This document shows positions 9,138 through 18,319 of a stretch of 24,109 bases of DNA, piece after piece. This DNA is from a virus. Its lineage: Duplodnaviria; Caudoviricetes. Positions within the stretch are counted from its first letter, which is position 1. Every line of letters starts with the position of its first letter. The stretch lies in IMG/VR virus record IMGVR_UViG_3300044448_003297, positions 1 to 24,109 of that record; one strand, written 5' to 3'. Both the position numbers and the translations under genes were made by a program. Below the pieces are notes generated by a model, which saw only the letters and a list, made by a program, of their open reading frames with translations, made no database searches and was not told the origin of the DNA.

Positions 9138-12100
9138 ATGCCACCTATTAAAAACCCATTAAAGGACTTATTTAAGCGTAAGTATACTACTTATTATACT
9201 GTTGACGACCTCAATGAAGAGCAGGTAAACTTCATTCGTGGCAAATATGATGAGCTTCAAGCGAACCCTGAAAATTTCAATGAAGACCAAGTTAACGCTA
9301 TTAATGAATTAAACTACAGGCTATCAAACCCTGTAGACCCTATGTTAAAATATCGTGATGAATTACAAGCTAAGTACCCAGAGGGAACTCCAGGTGTTGG
9401 TGCGTTCACCTCAAGAAAAACTCCAGAAGATATAAGTCTAGATGTTGCAAAAGAAGCAATGGCTAGAAAGAAATTCAAAACATCGCATTTATACGGAAGA
9501 ATAGAGGGTCATGAGTCTCCAAAATCCCTCACCAATGTAGAAGATGTATTGACAGAGAATAAAGAGAGTGAAAAATTAGAGATTATTAAAAATGAAATAA
9601 ATACAAGAGGTAGAGAAAGGTATAAAGAATACTTTGGATACGACCTGTATAAAGATAAGGATGATTATGTAAAACTGCACGACAATAATGCAGCAAAGGC
9701 ATTCAATTCTTGGTATCATTGGGCTTTAGGGGGACTTCATGGAGAGGGAGATGAGGAATTATTAGAGGATATTTTAAAAAAATCTCCAAAGATAAGACAA
9801 GCTGAAGATAGATATTATAAGAAAACAGGTAAGACTGGTCTCTATATGGATGAAAATGGCAATATTACATCCATTAAAGGTATGTTAATGTCTAAATGGA
9901 GGGCATCGCTAGAGAAGGGTACTCTAGAAAAAGATTTTTTCAACATAGATATTAAAGATATTCAAAGAGATTTTAAAGAAAGAAATAAGAAAGTATATGA
10001 CTTCGCTGCAGCCATGAAGCATTTAGATGAAAATATGCACGAATACATACCATACGCAGATGCAATCTATGGAGCCCCTGAGTTATTTAACGCTTACAAG
10101 CTAGCAAAGAGGTTTGACGAAGACCCAGCAAGTATGTCCGAGGAAGAGTTAAATGAATTAATGGCTTGGGTAGAGCAGCAGGATTACGAGAGTACAGCAA
10201 CTTGGGGTGCTACATTAGTTGAAATGTTGGCATCTATGCCAGGTTTTTTTGTAGAGATTGGGACATCAGGTGGTCTTGTTAAGGTTGGTAGCAAGGCATC
10301 AATTAAGGTTGCAGATAAATTCTTAAAAAAATATATAAAAGAGGGAATTGAAACAAAAATACAAAGGGAGCTAAAAAATAGAACTGCCACAAGACTTGTT
10401 AAAGGAGCTACAGAGAAAGTAGCAATAACAACAGTTGGGACATCTTTATCAGGCGATGTAGAGACAGCGAAAATTAGAAATCTAATGCCAGGCTATGAAC
10501 TGCTTGATGGCGAACTATTTAAAATATACAATGGTATGGATGAACTCTCTGCTGAAAGACAAGCTTATTGGGGTACTACTTTAGAGTTTGGCTCTGAGAT
10601 GGTGGGTGGCGTTCCATCAAAGCTAGCAAGGTGGATTGGCAAGACAAAGGTGGGTAAATATACAGGCGATAAGTTTATTAAGTCGTGGGATAAATTAGGT
10701 CTACCCAACAAAGAATATTTAATGAGCACTGCTGTAATGAGAGCGTTTAAAAAAGTAAATCCAGGTGCTAGCAATAAAGATATAGAAAAGATATTTAGAA
10801 CATTTGGTTATCATGGCGTATTTGAGGAGATGTTTGAAGAGAGAGTTGGTGATGCAGGTAGACATATTTTAAACTTATTATCAACAACGAAAGATGAAAA
10901 TGGAAAGCCACTAATAGAGGGTTTTGAAAATAAGAATTGGGTATGGCAAAATCCAACGTGGGAACAGCTATCTTTGGAGTTGGTTGCATTTTCAGTCCCA
11001 GGGATTGGTAAGAGAAAGTTATCAAAGGCATTCAATAGTGTATACGAAGCAAGAGAAAATAAAAAGATAGATAAATTTAATGAAAATAATCCAGAGCTTG
11101 GCGAGCAAATTACAGAAATAGAGAATGAAGTAGAGAAAAATGATAAAAGGCTAGAGGTTCTACAAAATAAGTCAAAAGGTAAAAAAGAAAATTTATCTGA
11201 TGCAGAGATTGAAGAAGTTGAAACTATAATTGAAACCAAGCAGAAAAAAAATATCTTACAGTTCATAAGGGGACTAATCATTAAAGACCCTTCTTTGAAA
11301 GAAGAGGTATCATTAGATATAAACCTTGAAGAAGAAATGAAAGCCACTAAAGAGCAATTAGAAAATGAAGGGGTTACATTAGAAGGAGAGGGATTATCAA
11401 GCGATATTAATAATGTAAATATATTAGGGTTTACTATGTTTAATAACTTCAAGCTAAAATTGGGTCTACGAAAAGGTGCAGACTTAGATACAGCTATAGA
11501 AGAGTATTATGGACTTTATTATAGGGGTGGCTTGTCCAATGAGCAAAGTGATGTCTTTGCAGAGCACTATGATACATATAAAACAGACGAAAATTATAGG
11601 ATAGAAATAAATCAGTTTATAAATGATATGATGGAAGAAAATGGAATGTCAGACAAGATGATTCCAGATGTATCCCAAACCCTTACGGAACAAGAACTCT
11701 TTGAAAAAGAGGGTAAATCTTACGAATATAAGAGCATTCAAGAGGATAGGGGTGGTGCAGCAGATAAGACCTTCCAGTTTATTAGTAATATGTTCAACAG
11801 GGCATTTAAAAGATTTAATGTTTCTTCTGGTGTGGCTGATATATATAGACAAGCACAAGAGAGAAAGCAGACAATTTCTAGGGAGCGTGCAGCTTTACTA
11901 AAAAGAAGAAGAGAACAGCGTCAAGAAGAAAAGGAAGAAAAGCCTAAAGCAGAAGAAGCACCCAAAGAAGAAGTAGAGGTAGAGAAGAAACCTACCAAGA
12001 AAGAAGAAAGACGCAAAAAAAGAATAGAGAAGAAGCGTAAAAAGTTAAAGCCAGAGACTAAGCCAACACTAGATGAGACATTTGAAGACGAAGCATACGA

Positions 12101-15100
12101 GGATGTTCCAGAAGCAGAGCTTGAAGACCTACCAGAGATAGTTCCACCACCACCTAAAAAAGTTAAGGAAAGAAAGGAAATATCTAAAAAAATTAAGTCA
12201 AAGCCTAGATTGTTTAACTTTCTTAATCGTAGGGCAAAGAAAATTGTTCCCAAAGAAATAGAAAAAATATCTCCAGTTGCTACTAGGGAGCTGAAAATAA
12301 AAATAGAAAAAGAAGTAATGCCAGGTGGTTCGGTTTTGCCTGACGACCCTAGGCAACCACTAGAAATACTAAGAGACATACTTGGAGATGAGCAGTTCCA
12401 GGAGATTACTGGTATATATAGTGGACCAATCCTAGAAATAGAAATGGTGGAGCCAAAAATAATAGAGACTCTAAAGGAGAAGTTTGAACCCCTACCATAT
12501 GAATCACTAGACTTCTTTGATGTAATACCAGAAAAGAAACAAGAAGAGATACTTAAAGAGGTAGAGAAGAAGGTAGGCAAAGAAACAATCAAACCTATTA
12601 GAGACCTTAAGAAGCCTACTAAGCCTAAGCCTAAAATTTCAGAGGATGAAACATTTGACGATGCAACGTATGAGAATGTTCCAGAAACAATCTTAGAAGA
12701 GTTGCCAAATTTAGAAAAACCTAAAAAGAAATCCAAAAAATCTAAGAAGAAAGATACTAGCTATCAGATAGTGTCGGCAGATAAAAAAGAAAACACAGGA
12801 ACATTTATAATAGCTGGAGATGCAGCAAATCTCAATTTAAAGGGAGAGCAAGAAGATTTTGGAATAAGATACCCACGAACATATAAGGGTTGGGCAGTTA
12901 CAAAAATACCAGCTATAAAGATAAAAAACCAAGCCGACAAAGGAAATAATATTATAGCTATAACAACTCTTACAGACCCAGCTAATTCTATGAAAAACAA
13001 TCCTACGTTCATAGAAGCCTTAAAAAGAGCAGCTATAGAAAATGTAGGGGTCAGAAAATTTAATCAACTTTATAGAAAAAATAAAAAAAACATATATAAA
13101 ACAGCTACAGAGGCTAAAGTAAATATGAAGCAAGTGGGTAGAGAGACTTCTGTTCCAGATTTTAATCAAATAGCTGGGAAAATTGTTGCAGTTGCTGAAG
13201 TAGAAGATATTAGGACTGGAGATGATAGAAAAGTAAAACATCCAGCCTATGACCACGAAATAAATTTTAAAAGCTATAGAGAACTAAAAGAGCCAATATT
13301 ATTAAAAGATTACGTTGGAGAGCTAAAAGAAGGTGATAAAAGAATAGATTATCCATTTTTAATGGCAAAGACATACAATTTAGCAATTACAAACAAAGAA
13401 TCTCCTACTACTAATTTATTTAAACAATTTTTAGATACAGGTGATAATAGTTTGTTTGGCGTAAAAACTACAGGCATACAAGTTGCAAGCCCTCAAATAA
13501 AAGAAATTGGTTTAGATGAAGCTGTAAAGGGAATTAAAAGTAAAGACTTGATAAATTTTCATAGATTTGTTGCAGACTTAGAGGTAGAGCAAGGATTGAA
13601 ATCTACAACTAAGTCAAGCTTGGGTGAATGGGAAACAGGGGCTGAACCAAGCGTGTACACTGAAATAACATCAGAAATAGATGTAGAGCAACTAAAGTAT
13701 ATAGCAGCAGTAAAAGGATTATCAAGAAACCAAGAAACGATATTAAATTTTGTTGTGCAGGAAAATGGTCCAGATTCTATGTATGAGGTAGAAATAGATG
13801 TAGATACAAAAAATTTAAAAACATATACTAAAATGCTTACAGATGCAGGAATTTTATTTAAGACTTTACCTATACAGGGAAATAAATTTAATTTAGTTGT
13901 TGTAGATGAGGGAAATAATTTAGTAGATTTATTTAAGGAGGCATCAGATGTCAAAGAAATTAAACAAAGAACTGGCAAGGCGAGCTTTATTGGGGCTTTT
14001 GGAAGCAGACAAAAGGCAGACAAAGAGTACCTCAAAATCATCACAGAATACGAAGAAAGGTATCCAGAACGATACTCAGCAGTTCTTAGGAACAACATAT
14101 CAAATCTCAGACCAAGATTTAACAAAAATCTCCTCCCTAAAAAGCAAAAAGCTCAAGTAAGCTACCAGCTTAAACCAGCAGACCAACCACTAGAATTATC
14201 AGACGAGACTAGGCGAGAAAGATTCATAAGAAAATATATTAATTCATTAAAAAGGATAGATAAAACCGTTGGATTGGTTAGAGATGCAGATGAGCTAACA
14301 GACCCTTATAAAGAAGCAAAACTATTCCCAGGCAAGGTAAGTGCAGAATTAGAAGATTTTAATAATTACATAGAAAAAGATTTTCTTATAAGGCTAATGG
14401 ATGCTGGGTTTGATGTTGAGTCTTTTGGAGAATACTTGTATGCACGACACGCAGAAGAGCGTAACAAAAAAGTACACGAAGACGATGCTACATTTGAGGG
14501 GACAGGCTCTGGAATGGCGAGAGAAGATATTACCCTAGAAGATGGCACAATAATAGAGGGGTATAAATCTATCCTAGAAAAATATCGTGGAACAGGCATT
14601 GTCAAGTTTGCGAGGGAATTTGATAATAAAATTATTAAAAAAAGACTTAGAATATTGAGAGATAGTGGTCTTATTTCCCAAGAGACATATAATAAATTTA
14701 CAAAGGATTCTCCATATAAATTCTACGTACCATTAAAGGGTGGCGTAGACAAAAAACAACAAGGTCAAGGAGTTAGAGGTTTTAGTATAACAGGCAAAGA
14801 TATTAAACGTAAGAGAGGCAGAAACTCTAGGGCATTAAATCCATTTGTAGTTGCTATTTCAGATTATGCAAACTCTGTAGTTAGGTCAGGTAAAAACAGG
14901 GTGGCACAAAAGCTTTACTTGCTGGCTCTAGAGAACCCATCATCTTTCTGGAGTGCAAGGGGTAAGAGATATATACCAAGATTTGATAAGGCTGGAGATT
15001 TAAAGTTTTTTGAAGAGAAGCAACTAGGAAACGAAGAGGTACAAGCTGTAGTAGATGGAAAGTTAAAAATAATCACTATAACAGATAAGGGCTTATTGGA

Positions 15101-16742
15101 GTCTTTTAAAAATTTAGGCACAGAAAAATCTTACAAGGTGATGGAAAAAGTTAATAGCTTCCTTAGAAAAGCATATACAACATATAATCCTGACTTTATA
15201 TTGGGTAATTTTATTAGAGATATTCAAACAGCGATGGTAAATATACAAGCATCAGCCCCTGATAAGAAAATAGGAAGAAAAGTATTTAAAGATGTTATGT
15301 CTGGTGGTCCAATGAGAGCCATATATCGCTCTATGAGAGACAAGGGTGATGCAAAATTATCGGTAAATAAAAAGAAGCTTGATGCGTGGAGTAAGTATTA
15401 TCAGGAAATGAGGAAAGAAGGTGCTACAGTAGGTTGGTTCACCAATAGAAAAATTGAAGATAAATTAAAAGAGCTTGATAAGATAATAAAGAGACATAAG
15501 GGCAAGAACCCAATGGTTGTTATGAGAGCTATAGGGAAGTTTGCAGAAGATTTTAATATGGCTATAGAGCAAGCTACAAGATTATCGGCATATAAAAACT
15601 TAAGAGAGGCTGGATTATCTAAAGCCGATGCAGCAATAGCTACGAGAGATTTAACTGTTGACTTTAATCAAAAGGGTCAAGAGGGAGCATTGTTTAGAGC
15701 ATCGTATTTGTTCTCAAATGCAAGTATGCAGGGCACCTACATATTGGCAAACAGTATATATAAGAGCAAGTCTGCCAGAAGAATGGTTATGGCAATAACA
15801 ATGCAATCATTTATTTTAAATATTATCAATTCTATGTTAATGGATGACCCAGACGAGGACGAGTATCCTTGGACAGATGGAATACCTGACTATGAAAAAG
15901 ATTCGTATATTATGTATCCTCTTCCTAATGGGCAAATGTTTAAACTGCAAATAGGTTGGGGTTTAAATATTTTCCACACACTCGGAAATGTGATGGCTGA
16001 TGGTGTTGTTGCTATATCTCGTGGAAGAAAGCCTAAGCATACAAATAATATTAAAAGAGTGGTGGAGGCTTTTGGTAATGCAGCTAGCCCTATTGGGTTT
16101 GGAACGTCAGGAATATCATCTTTTGCTCCAACAGCCTATGGCACTAAACCACTCTGGGAAATAATAGATAATAAAAAGTTTACTGGAGCTCCAATAGCAA
16201 ATAAGTGGGCTGATAAACCTAGGGCAGCAAGTCAAGAAACTTTCCCTGGAGTGAACCCTTATACAAAGATGGCAACAGATTGGATATCAGAAATTACAGG
16301 GGGTGGACCAAGAAAAGGTGGTGGATACAAAGGGGGCTTAATTGAAATAAATCCTGAGTGGGTAGACCACTTTATTGAGTCTTGGGGTGGAGGTCCATAT
16401 AGAACCTCAAGAAATTTATATACGACAGGGTATGATTTAATGAAATTTGGGAAAATAAAAAAAATAAAGAATGTCCCAATTATAAGGAAGTTGTTAACGG
16501 AGCCAGATTCATTTGCAGCTAATTCAAAGATGTACGATATGTACAATGTTTCTTCCTATACTAGGTTTTCTAATGCAGAGAGAGATGATTTTAATAGATA
16601 TATTAAAATATTAATAGATAGTAATATAGAATTATTGAGAGAGACGAGCGATAAAAAAGAACGAAATAGGATAGATAGAAGAATTAAAAGCTATAAATCA
16701 AAGCAAAAGTCGTTTCATAAAAACCAAGGAAAGTTAAAATGA
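9138..16742 (+). CDS. Giant internal virion / polyvalent ejection protein with LPD38-like C-terminus
   Basis: 2534 aa. The C-terminal region ('NPDFILGNFIRD','EQATRLSAY','TVDFNQKG','YLFSNASMQG','IPDYEKDSY...PNGQMFKLQIGWG','NKKFTGAPI') is characteristic of large polyvalent proteins. Confidence 0.8.
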   Translation: MPPIKNPLKDLFKRKYTTYYTVDDLNEEQVNFIRGKYDELQANPENFNEDQVNAINELNYRLSNPVDPMLKYRDELQAKYPEGTPGVGAFTSRKTPEDISLDVAKEAMARKKFKTSHLYGRIEGHESPKSLTNVEDVLTENKESEKLEIIKNEINTRGRERYKEYFGYDLYKDKDDYVKLHDNNAAKAFNSWYHWALGGLHGEGDEELLEDILKKSPKIRQAEDRYYKKTGKTGLYMDENGNITSIKGMLMSKWRASLEKGTLEKDFFNIDIKDIQRDFKERNKKVYDFAAAMKHLDENMHEYIPYADAIYGAPELFNAYKLAKRFDEDPASMSEEELNELMAWVEQQDYESTATWGATLVEMLASMPGFFVEIGTSGGLVKVGSKASIKVADKFLKKYIKEGIETKIQRELKNRTATRLVKGATEKVAITTVGTSLSGDVETAKIRNLMPGYELLDGELFKIYNGMDELSAERQAYWGTTLEFGSEMVGGVPSKLARWIGKTKVGKYTGDKFIKSWDKLGLPNKEYLMSTAVMRAFKKVNPGASNKDIEKIFRTFGYHGVFEEMFEERVGDAGRHILNLLSTTKDENGKPLIEGFENKNWVWQNPTWEQLSLELVAFSVPGIGKRKLSKAFNSVYEARENKKIDKFNENNPELGEQITEIENEVEKNDKRLEVLQNKSKGKKENLSDAEIEEVETIIETKQKKNILQFIRGLIIKDPSLKEEVSLDINLEEEMKATKEQLENEGVTLEGEGLSSDINNVNILGFTMFNNFKLKLGLRKGADLDTAIEEYYGLYYRGGLSNEQSDVFAEHYDTYKTDENYRIEINQFINDMMEENGMSDKMIPDVSQTLTEQELFEKEGKSYEYKSIQEDRGGAADKTFQFISNMFNRAFKRFNVSSGVADIYRQAQERKQTISRERAALLKRRREQRQEEKEEKPKAEEAPKEEVEVEKKPTKKEERRKKRIEKKRKKLKPETKPTLDETFEDEAYEDVPEAELEDLPEIVPPPPKKVKERKEISKKIKSKPRLFNFLNRRAKKIVPKEIEKISPVATRELKIKIEKEVMPGGSVLPDDPRQPLEILRDILGDEQFQEITGIYSGPILEIEMVEPKIIETLKEKFEPLPYESLDFFDVIPEKKQEEILKEVEKKVGKETIKPIRDLKKPTKPKPKISEDETFDDATYENVPETILEELPNLEKPKKKSKKSKKKDTSYQIVSADKKENTGTFIIAGDAANLNLKGEQEDFGIRYPRTYKGWAVTKIPAIKIKNQADKGNNIIAITTLTDPANSMKNNPTFIEALKRAAIENVGVRKFNQLYRKNKKNIYKTATEAKVNMKQVGRETSVPDFNQIAGKIVAVAEVEDIRTGDDRKVKHPAYDHEINFKSYRELKEPILLKDYVGELKEGDKRIDYPFLMAKTYNLAITNKESPTTNLFKQFLDTGDNSLFGVKTTGIQVASPQIKEIGLDEAVKGIKSKDLINFHRFVADLEVEQGLKSTTKSSLGEWETGAEPSVYTEITSEIDVEQLKYIAAVKGLSRNQETILNFVVQENGPDSMYEVEIDVDTKNLKTYTKMLTDAGILFKTLPIQGNKFNLVVVDEGNNLVDLFKEASDVKEIKQRTGKASFIGAFGSRQKADKEYLKIITEYEERYPERYSAVLRNNISNLRPRFNKNLLPKKQKAQVSYQLKPADQPLELSDETRRERFIRKYINSLKRIDKTVGLVRDADELTDPYKEAKLFPGKVSAELEDFNNYIEKDFLIRLMDAGFDVESFGEYLYARHAEERNKKVHEDDATFEGTGSGMAREDITLEDGTIIEGYKSILEKYRGTGIVKFAREFDNKIIKKRLRILRDSGLISQETYNKFTKDSPYKFYVPLKGGVDKKQQGQGVRGFSITGKDIKRKRGRNSRALNPFVVAISDYANSVVRSGKNRVAQKLYLLALENPSSFWSARGKRYIPRFDKAGDLKFFEEKQLGNEEVQAVVDGKLKIITITDKGLLESFKNLGTEKSYKVMEKVNSFLRKAYTTYNPDFILGNFIRDIQTAMVNIQASAPDKKIGRKVFKDVMSGGPMRAIYRSMRDKGDAKLSVNKKKLDAWSKYYQEMRKEGATVGWFTNRKIEDKLKELDKIIKRHKGKNPMVVMRAIGKFAEDFNMAIEQATRLSAYKNLREAGLSKADAAIATRDLTVDFNQKGQEGALFRASYLFSNASMQGTYILANSIYKSKSARRMVMAITMQSFILNIINSMLMDDPDEDEYPWTDGIPDYEKDSYIMYPLPNGQMFKLQIGWGLNIFHTLGNVMADGVVAISRGRKPKHTNNIKRVVEAFGNAASPIGFGTSGISSFAPTAYGTKPLWEIIDNKKFTGAPIANKWADKPRAASQETFPGVNPYTKMATDWISEITGGGPRKGGGYKGGLIEINPEWVDHFIESWGGGPYRTSRNLYTTGYDLMKFGKIKKIKNVPIIRKLLTEPDSFAANSKMYDMYNVSSYTRFSNAERDDFNRYIKILIDSNIELLRETSDKKERNRIDRRIKSYKSKQKSFHKNQGKLK
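13948..14160 (+). CDS. Nested +1-frame overprinted ORF (70 aa) inside the giant protein gene
   Basis: Perfect SD TAAGGAGG (13934-13941) 6 nt before the ATG. Host-frame codons switch to NTC/NTT across the overlap, which avoids +1-frame stops. Confidence 0.55.
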   Translation: MSKKLNKELARRALLGLLEADKRQTKSTSKSSQNTKKGIQNDTQQFLGTTYQISDQDLTKISSLKSKKLK

Positions 16743-17167
16743 AAAATTCAATAAAAAAGATAATTAGATATGTACTTAAGGACTTGAATATGTATAGTGA
16801 AGATGCAGAGAGTCTAGTCTACAGGACTGGTATGGCTGAGAGTGGATACAGACACCTAGAACAAGTTAAAGGTCCAGCACTGGGTTTCTTTCAGGTAGAA
16901 CCAGATACCATTAATGACACTATCAACAATTACCTTAAGTTCCGACCAGAAAAATTAGACCACCTAGTAAAGCGTGGGCTTGATTTAACAGACCCAGAGA
17001 ATAGTGTGCTGTGCAGTATATACCTACAGGTAGCTTTTTGTAGATATAAATACTGGAGATGCCCCAAGCCAATCCCTAGTGGAATGGTTAAGCAAGCTAA
17101 ATACTGGAAAGAAATTTACAATGGTCCTGGAAAGGGCACTATAGAACACTTTGTGGATAATAACTAA
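16739..17167 (+). CDS. Lysozyme/transglycosylase-fold protein, probable endolysin
   Basis: 'TGMAESG...QVKGPALGFFQVEP.T' (catalytic Glu in ES plus GxxQ motif) and 'AKYWKEIYN'. Followed by small membrane proteins. Confidence 0.75.
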   Translation: MKNSIKKIIRYVLKDLNMYSEDAESLVYRTGMAESGYRHLEQVKGPALGFFQVEPDTINDTINNYLKFRPEKLDHLVKRGLDLTDPENSVLCSIYLQVAFCRYKYWRCPKPIPSGMVKQAKYWKEIYNGPGKGTIEHFVDNN

Positions 17168-17319
17168 TGCCACAGGAGAGAGCAAAAATTGAATCATTTA
17201 GAGTAGAAACGCCACTAGGTGCATTAGAAAGCGACAGTGGAAATCACGTTGTTGATGTTATATCAGTAGTAGTGGTAATAATAGTTTTATTAATGGCTAA
17301 AAAGATATTTGGAAAGTGA
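17167..17319 (+). CDS. Small single-TM membrane protein, 50 aa (not in ORF track), holin-like candidate
   Basis: MPQERAKIESFRVETPLGALESDSGNHVVDVISVVVVIIVLLMAKKIFGK*. TAATG and TGATG overlaps with both neighbours. Confidence 0.7.
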   Translation: MPQERAKIESFRVETPLGALESDSGNHVVDVISVVVVIIVLLMAKKIFGK

Positions 17320-17612
17320 TGGAGTTTAACTGTAGTCAATGTGGGGCGTGCTGTAAGCAAGCAGGTCTGATAGGATTACCCACTAAGGAAGATGGAAGTT
17401 GCAAGTTTTTATCTGAGGATAACAAATGTAGTATATACGACACGAGACCAGACATATGCAATATTAAAAAAATGTACGAAAAAAGAAAGAAAAAGGGTAT
17501 GGATATAAACTATAAAGAATATTGTAAAATTTCCAGTGAGGTTTGTAACGACCTGATGGAGAAGAGTGGGGTAGATAAAAAGTACAGATTAAACCCAGAT
17601 GAGTATAAATAG
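17319..17612 (+). CDS. YkgJ-family (CxxCxxCC) cysteine-cluster protein
   Basis: 'FNCSQCGACC...DGSCKFL...NKCSIYDTRPDIC'. The start is likely ATG 17319 overlapping the previous stop (track starts at GTG 17316). Confidence 0.85.
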   Translation: MEFNCSQCGACCKQAGLIGLPTKEDGSCKFLSEDNKCSIYDTRPDICNIKKMYEKRKKKGMDINYKEYCKISSEVCNDLMEKSGVDKKYRLNPDEYK

Positions 17613-17896
17613 TGGACTTTGTAAATTTAATTGAAACCTTTGGCTTGCCAGTGGCAGGGGTAATAGCACTGGGTTTTTATGTATCTAGACAAAATAAATG
17701 GATACAGGAGACGCTTATGCAGGAGCTAGAAGAGAGTCAAAATCGTACCGAGGGGATTCTTATCAAGCTTATAGACCAACAGAAGCGTCTTCAAACAGAC
17801 GAGTTTCCAGATTTACATAAGGAGCTTGCACGACTTGAGGGTAGCTACCATTCAATCGTTAGAATAATAAGCAGTTTAAATAAAAAAAATTCATAA
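17612..17896 (+). CDS. N-terminal TM plus coiled-coil protein, holin-like
   Basis: GTG start. 'LIETFGLPVAGVIALGFYV' TM segment followed by a helical, charged C-terminus, within the lysis region. Confidence 0.6.
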   Translation: MDFVNLIETFGLPVAGVIALGFYVSRQNKWIQETLMQELEESQNRTEGILIKLIDQQKRLQTDEFPDLHKELARLEGSYHSIVRIISSLNKKNS

Positions 17897-17906
17897 AGGA
17901 GAATAG

Positions 17907-18080
17907 ATGAAAGATACACTTTTAACAGTAGTAGAAAAACCACTTGTAGGAATGATGGGTTCATTCGGTGGGGCATTTATAAATCATATGGAGATGTTAA
18001 GTCCATATCTAAACTTCGCATCGGTTTGCGTTGGTTTGGTTGTGGGTCTACTGACACTCAAGAAACTCTGGAAAGGATAA
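17907..18080 (+). CDS. Small membrane protein, 57 aa (not in ORF track), holin candidate
   Basis: SD AAGGAG. MKDTLLTVVEKPLVGMMGSFGGAFINHMEMLSPYLNFASVCVGLVVGLLTLKKLWKG*, hydrophobic with a basic C-terminal tail. Confidence 0.7.
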   Translation: MKDTLLTVVEKPLVGMMGSFGGAFINHMEMLSPYLNFASVCVGLVVGLLTLKKLWKG

Positions 18081-18086
18081 AACAAA

Positions 18087-18263
18087 ATGATAGCTGGACT
18101 AATAGTAAACTACCTTAAAGAAAACAAAGAAGAGATTGTTGATGAAATTAATAAGAAAATTAACATCCCTCTAATTTCAGAAGCCAAAGAAGAGGATATT
18201 CTAAATTCACTCTTTGACGGTCTAATGGAAATACTTGAAGGTATTTTAGCTAAAAAGAAATAG
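18087..18263 (+). CDS. Hypothetical amphipathic helical protein, 58 aa (not in ORF track)
   Basis: SD AAGGA. MIAGLIVNYLKENKEEIVDEINKKINIPLISEAKEEDILNSLFDGLMEILEGILAKKK*. Confidence 0.7.
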   Translation: MIAGLIVNYLKENKEEIVDEINKKINIPLISEAKEEDILNSLFDGLMEILEGILAKKK

Positions 18264-18264
18264 T

Positions 18265-18293
18265 TTGGAATAAATATCTGCTCATAGTAAATT
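18265..18293 (+). promoter_or_regulatory. Sigma70-like promoter for the recombination/replication operon
   Basis: TTGGAA(18265-70), 17-nt spacer, TAAATT(18288-93) in the intergenic gap before the Rad52-like gene. Confidence 0.55.
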
Positions 18294-18306
18294 CTTTGTA
18301 ACTAAA

Positions 18307-18316
18307 AGGAGTAGCG
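18307..18316 (+). repeat. Extended RBS motif AGGAGTAGCG, copy 1
   Basis: Identical 10-mer also at 19642-19651 and 20717-20726, each just before an ATG. Reverse complement at 18676-18685. Confidence 0.85.
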
Positions 18317-18319
18317 ACT

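Noticed and set aside
11668-11901. Second nested +1 ORF (77 aa) in the giant gene
   Set aside because: No SD upstream and no clear boundary coincidence. It cannot be excluded but is unsupported.
10811-14125. Long minus-strand ORFs (10811-11452, 11921-12736, 13559-14125 and similar)
   Set aside because: Ser/Phe/Leu-rich antisense shadows of Glu/Lys-rich plus-strand coding sequence, with no recognisable motifs.
14128-14138. ATCTCCTCCCT as a third anti-RBS element (10/11 complement to the RBS of gene 7505)
   Set aside because: No enclosing stem was found, and the dual-coding codon constraint in this region explains it adequately.
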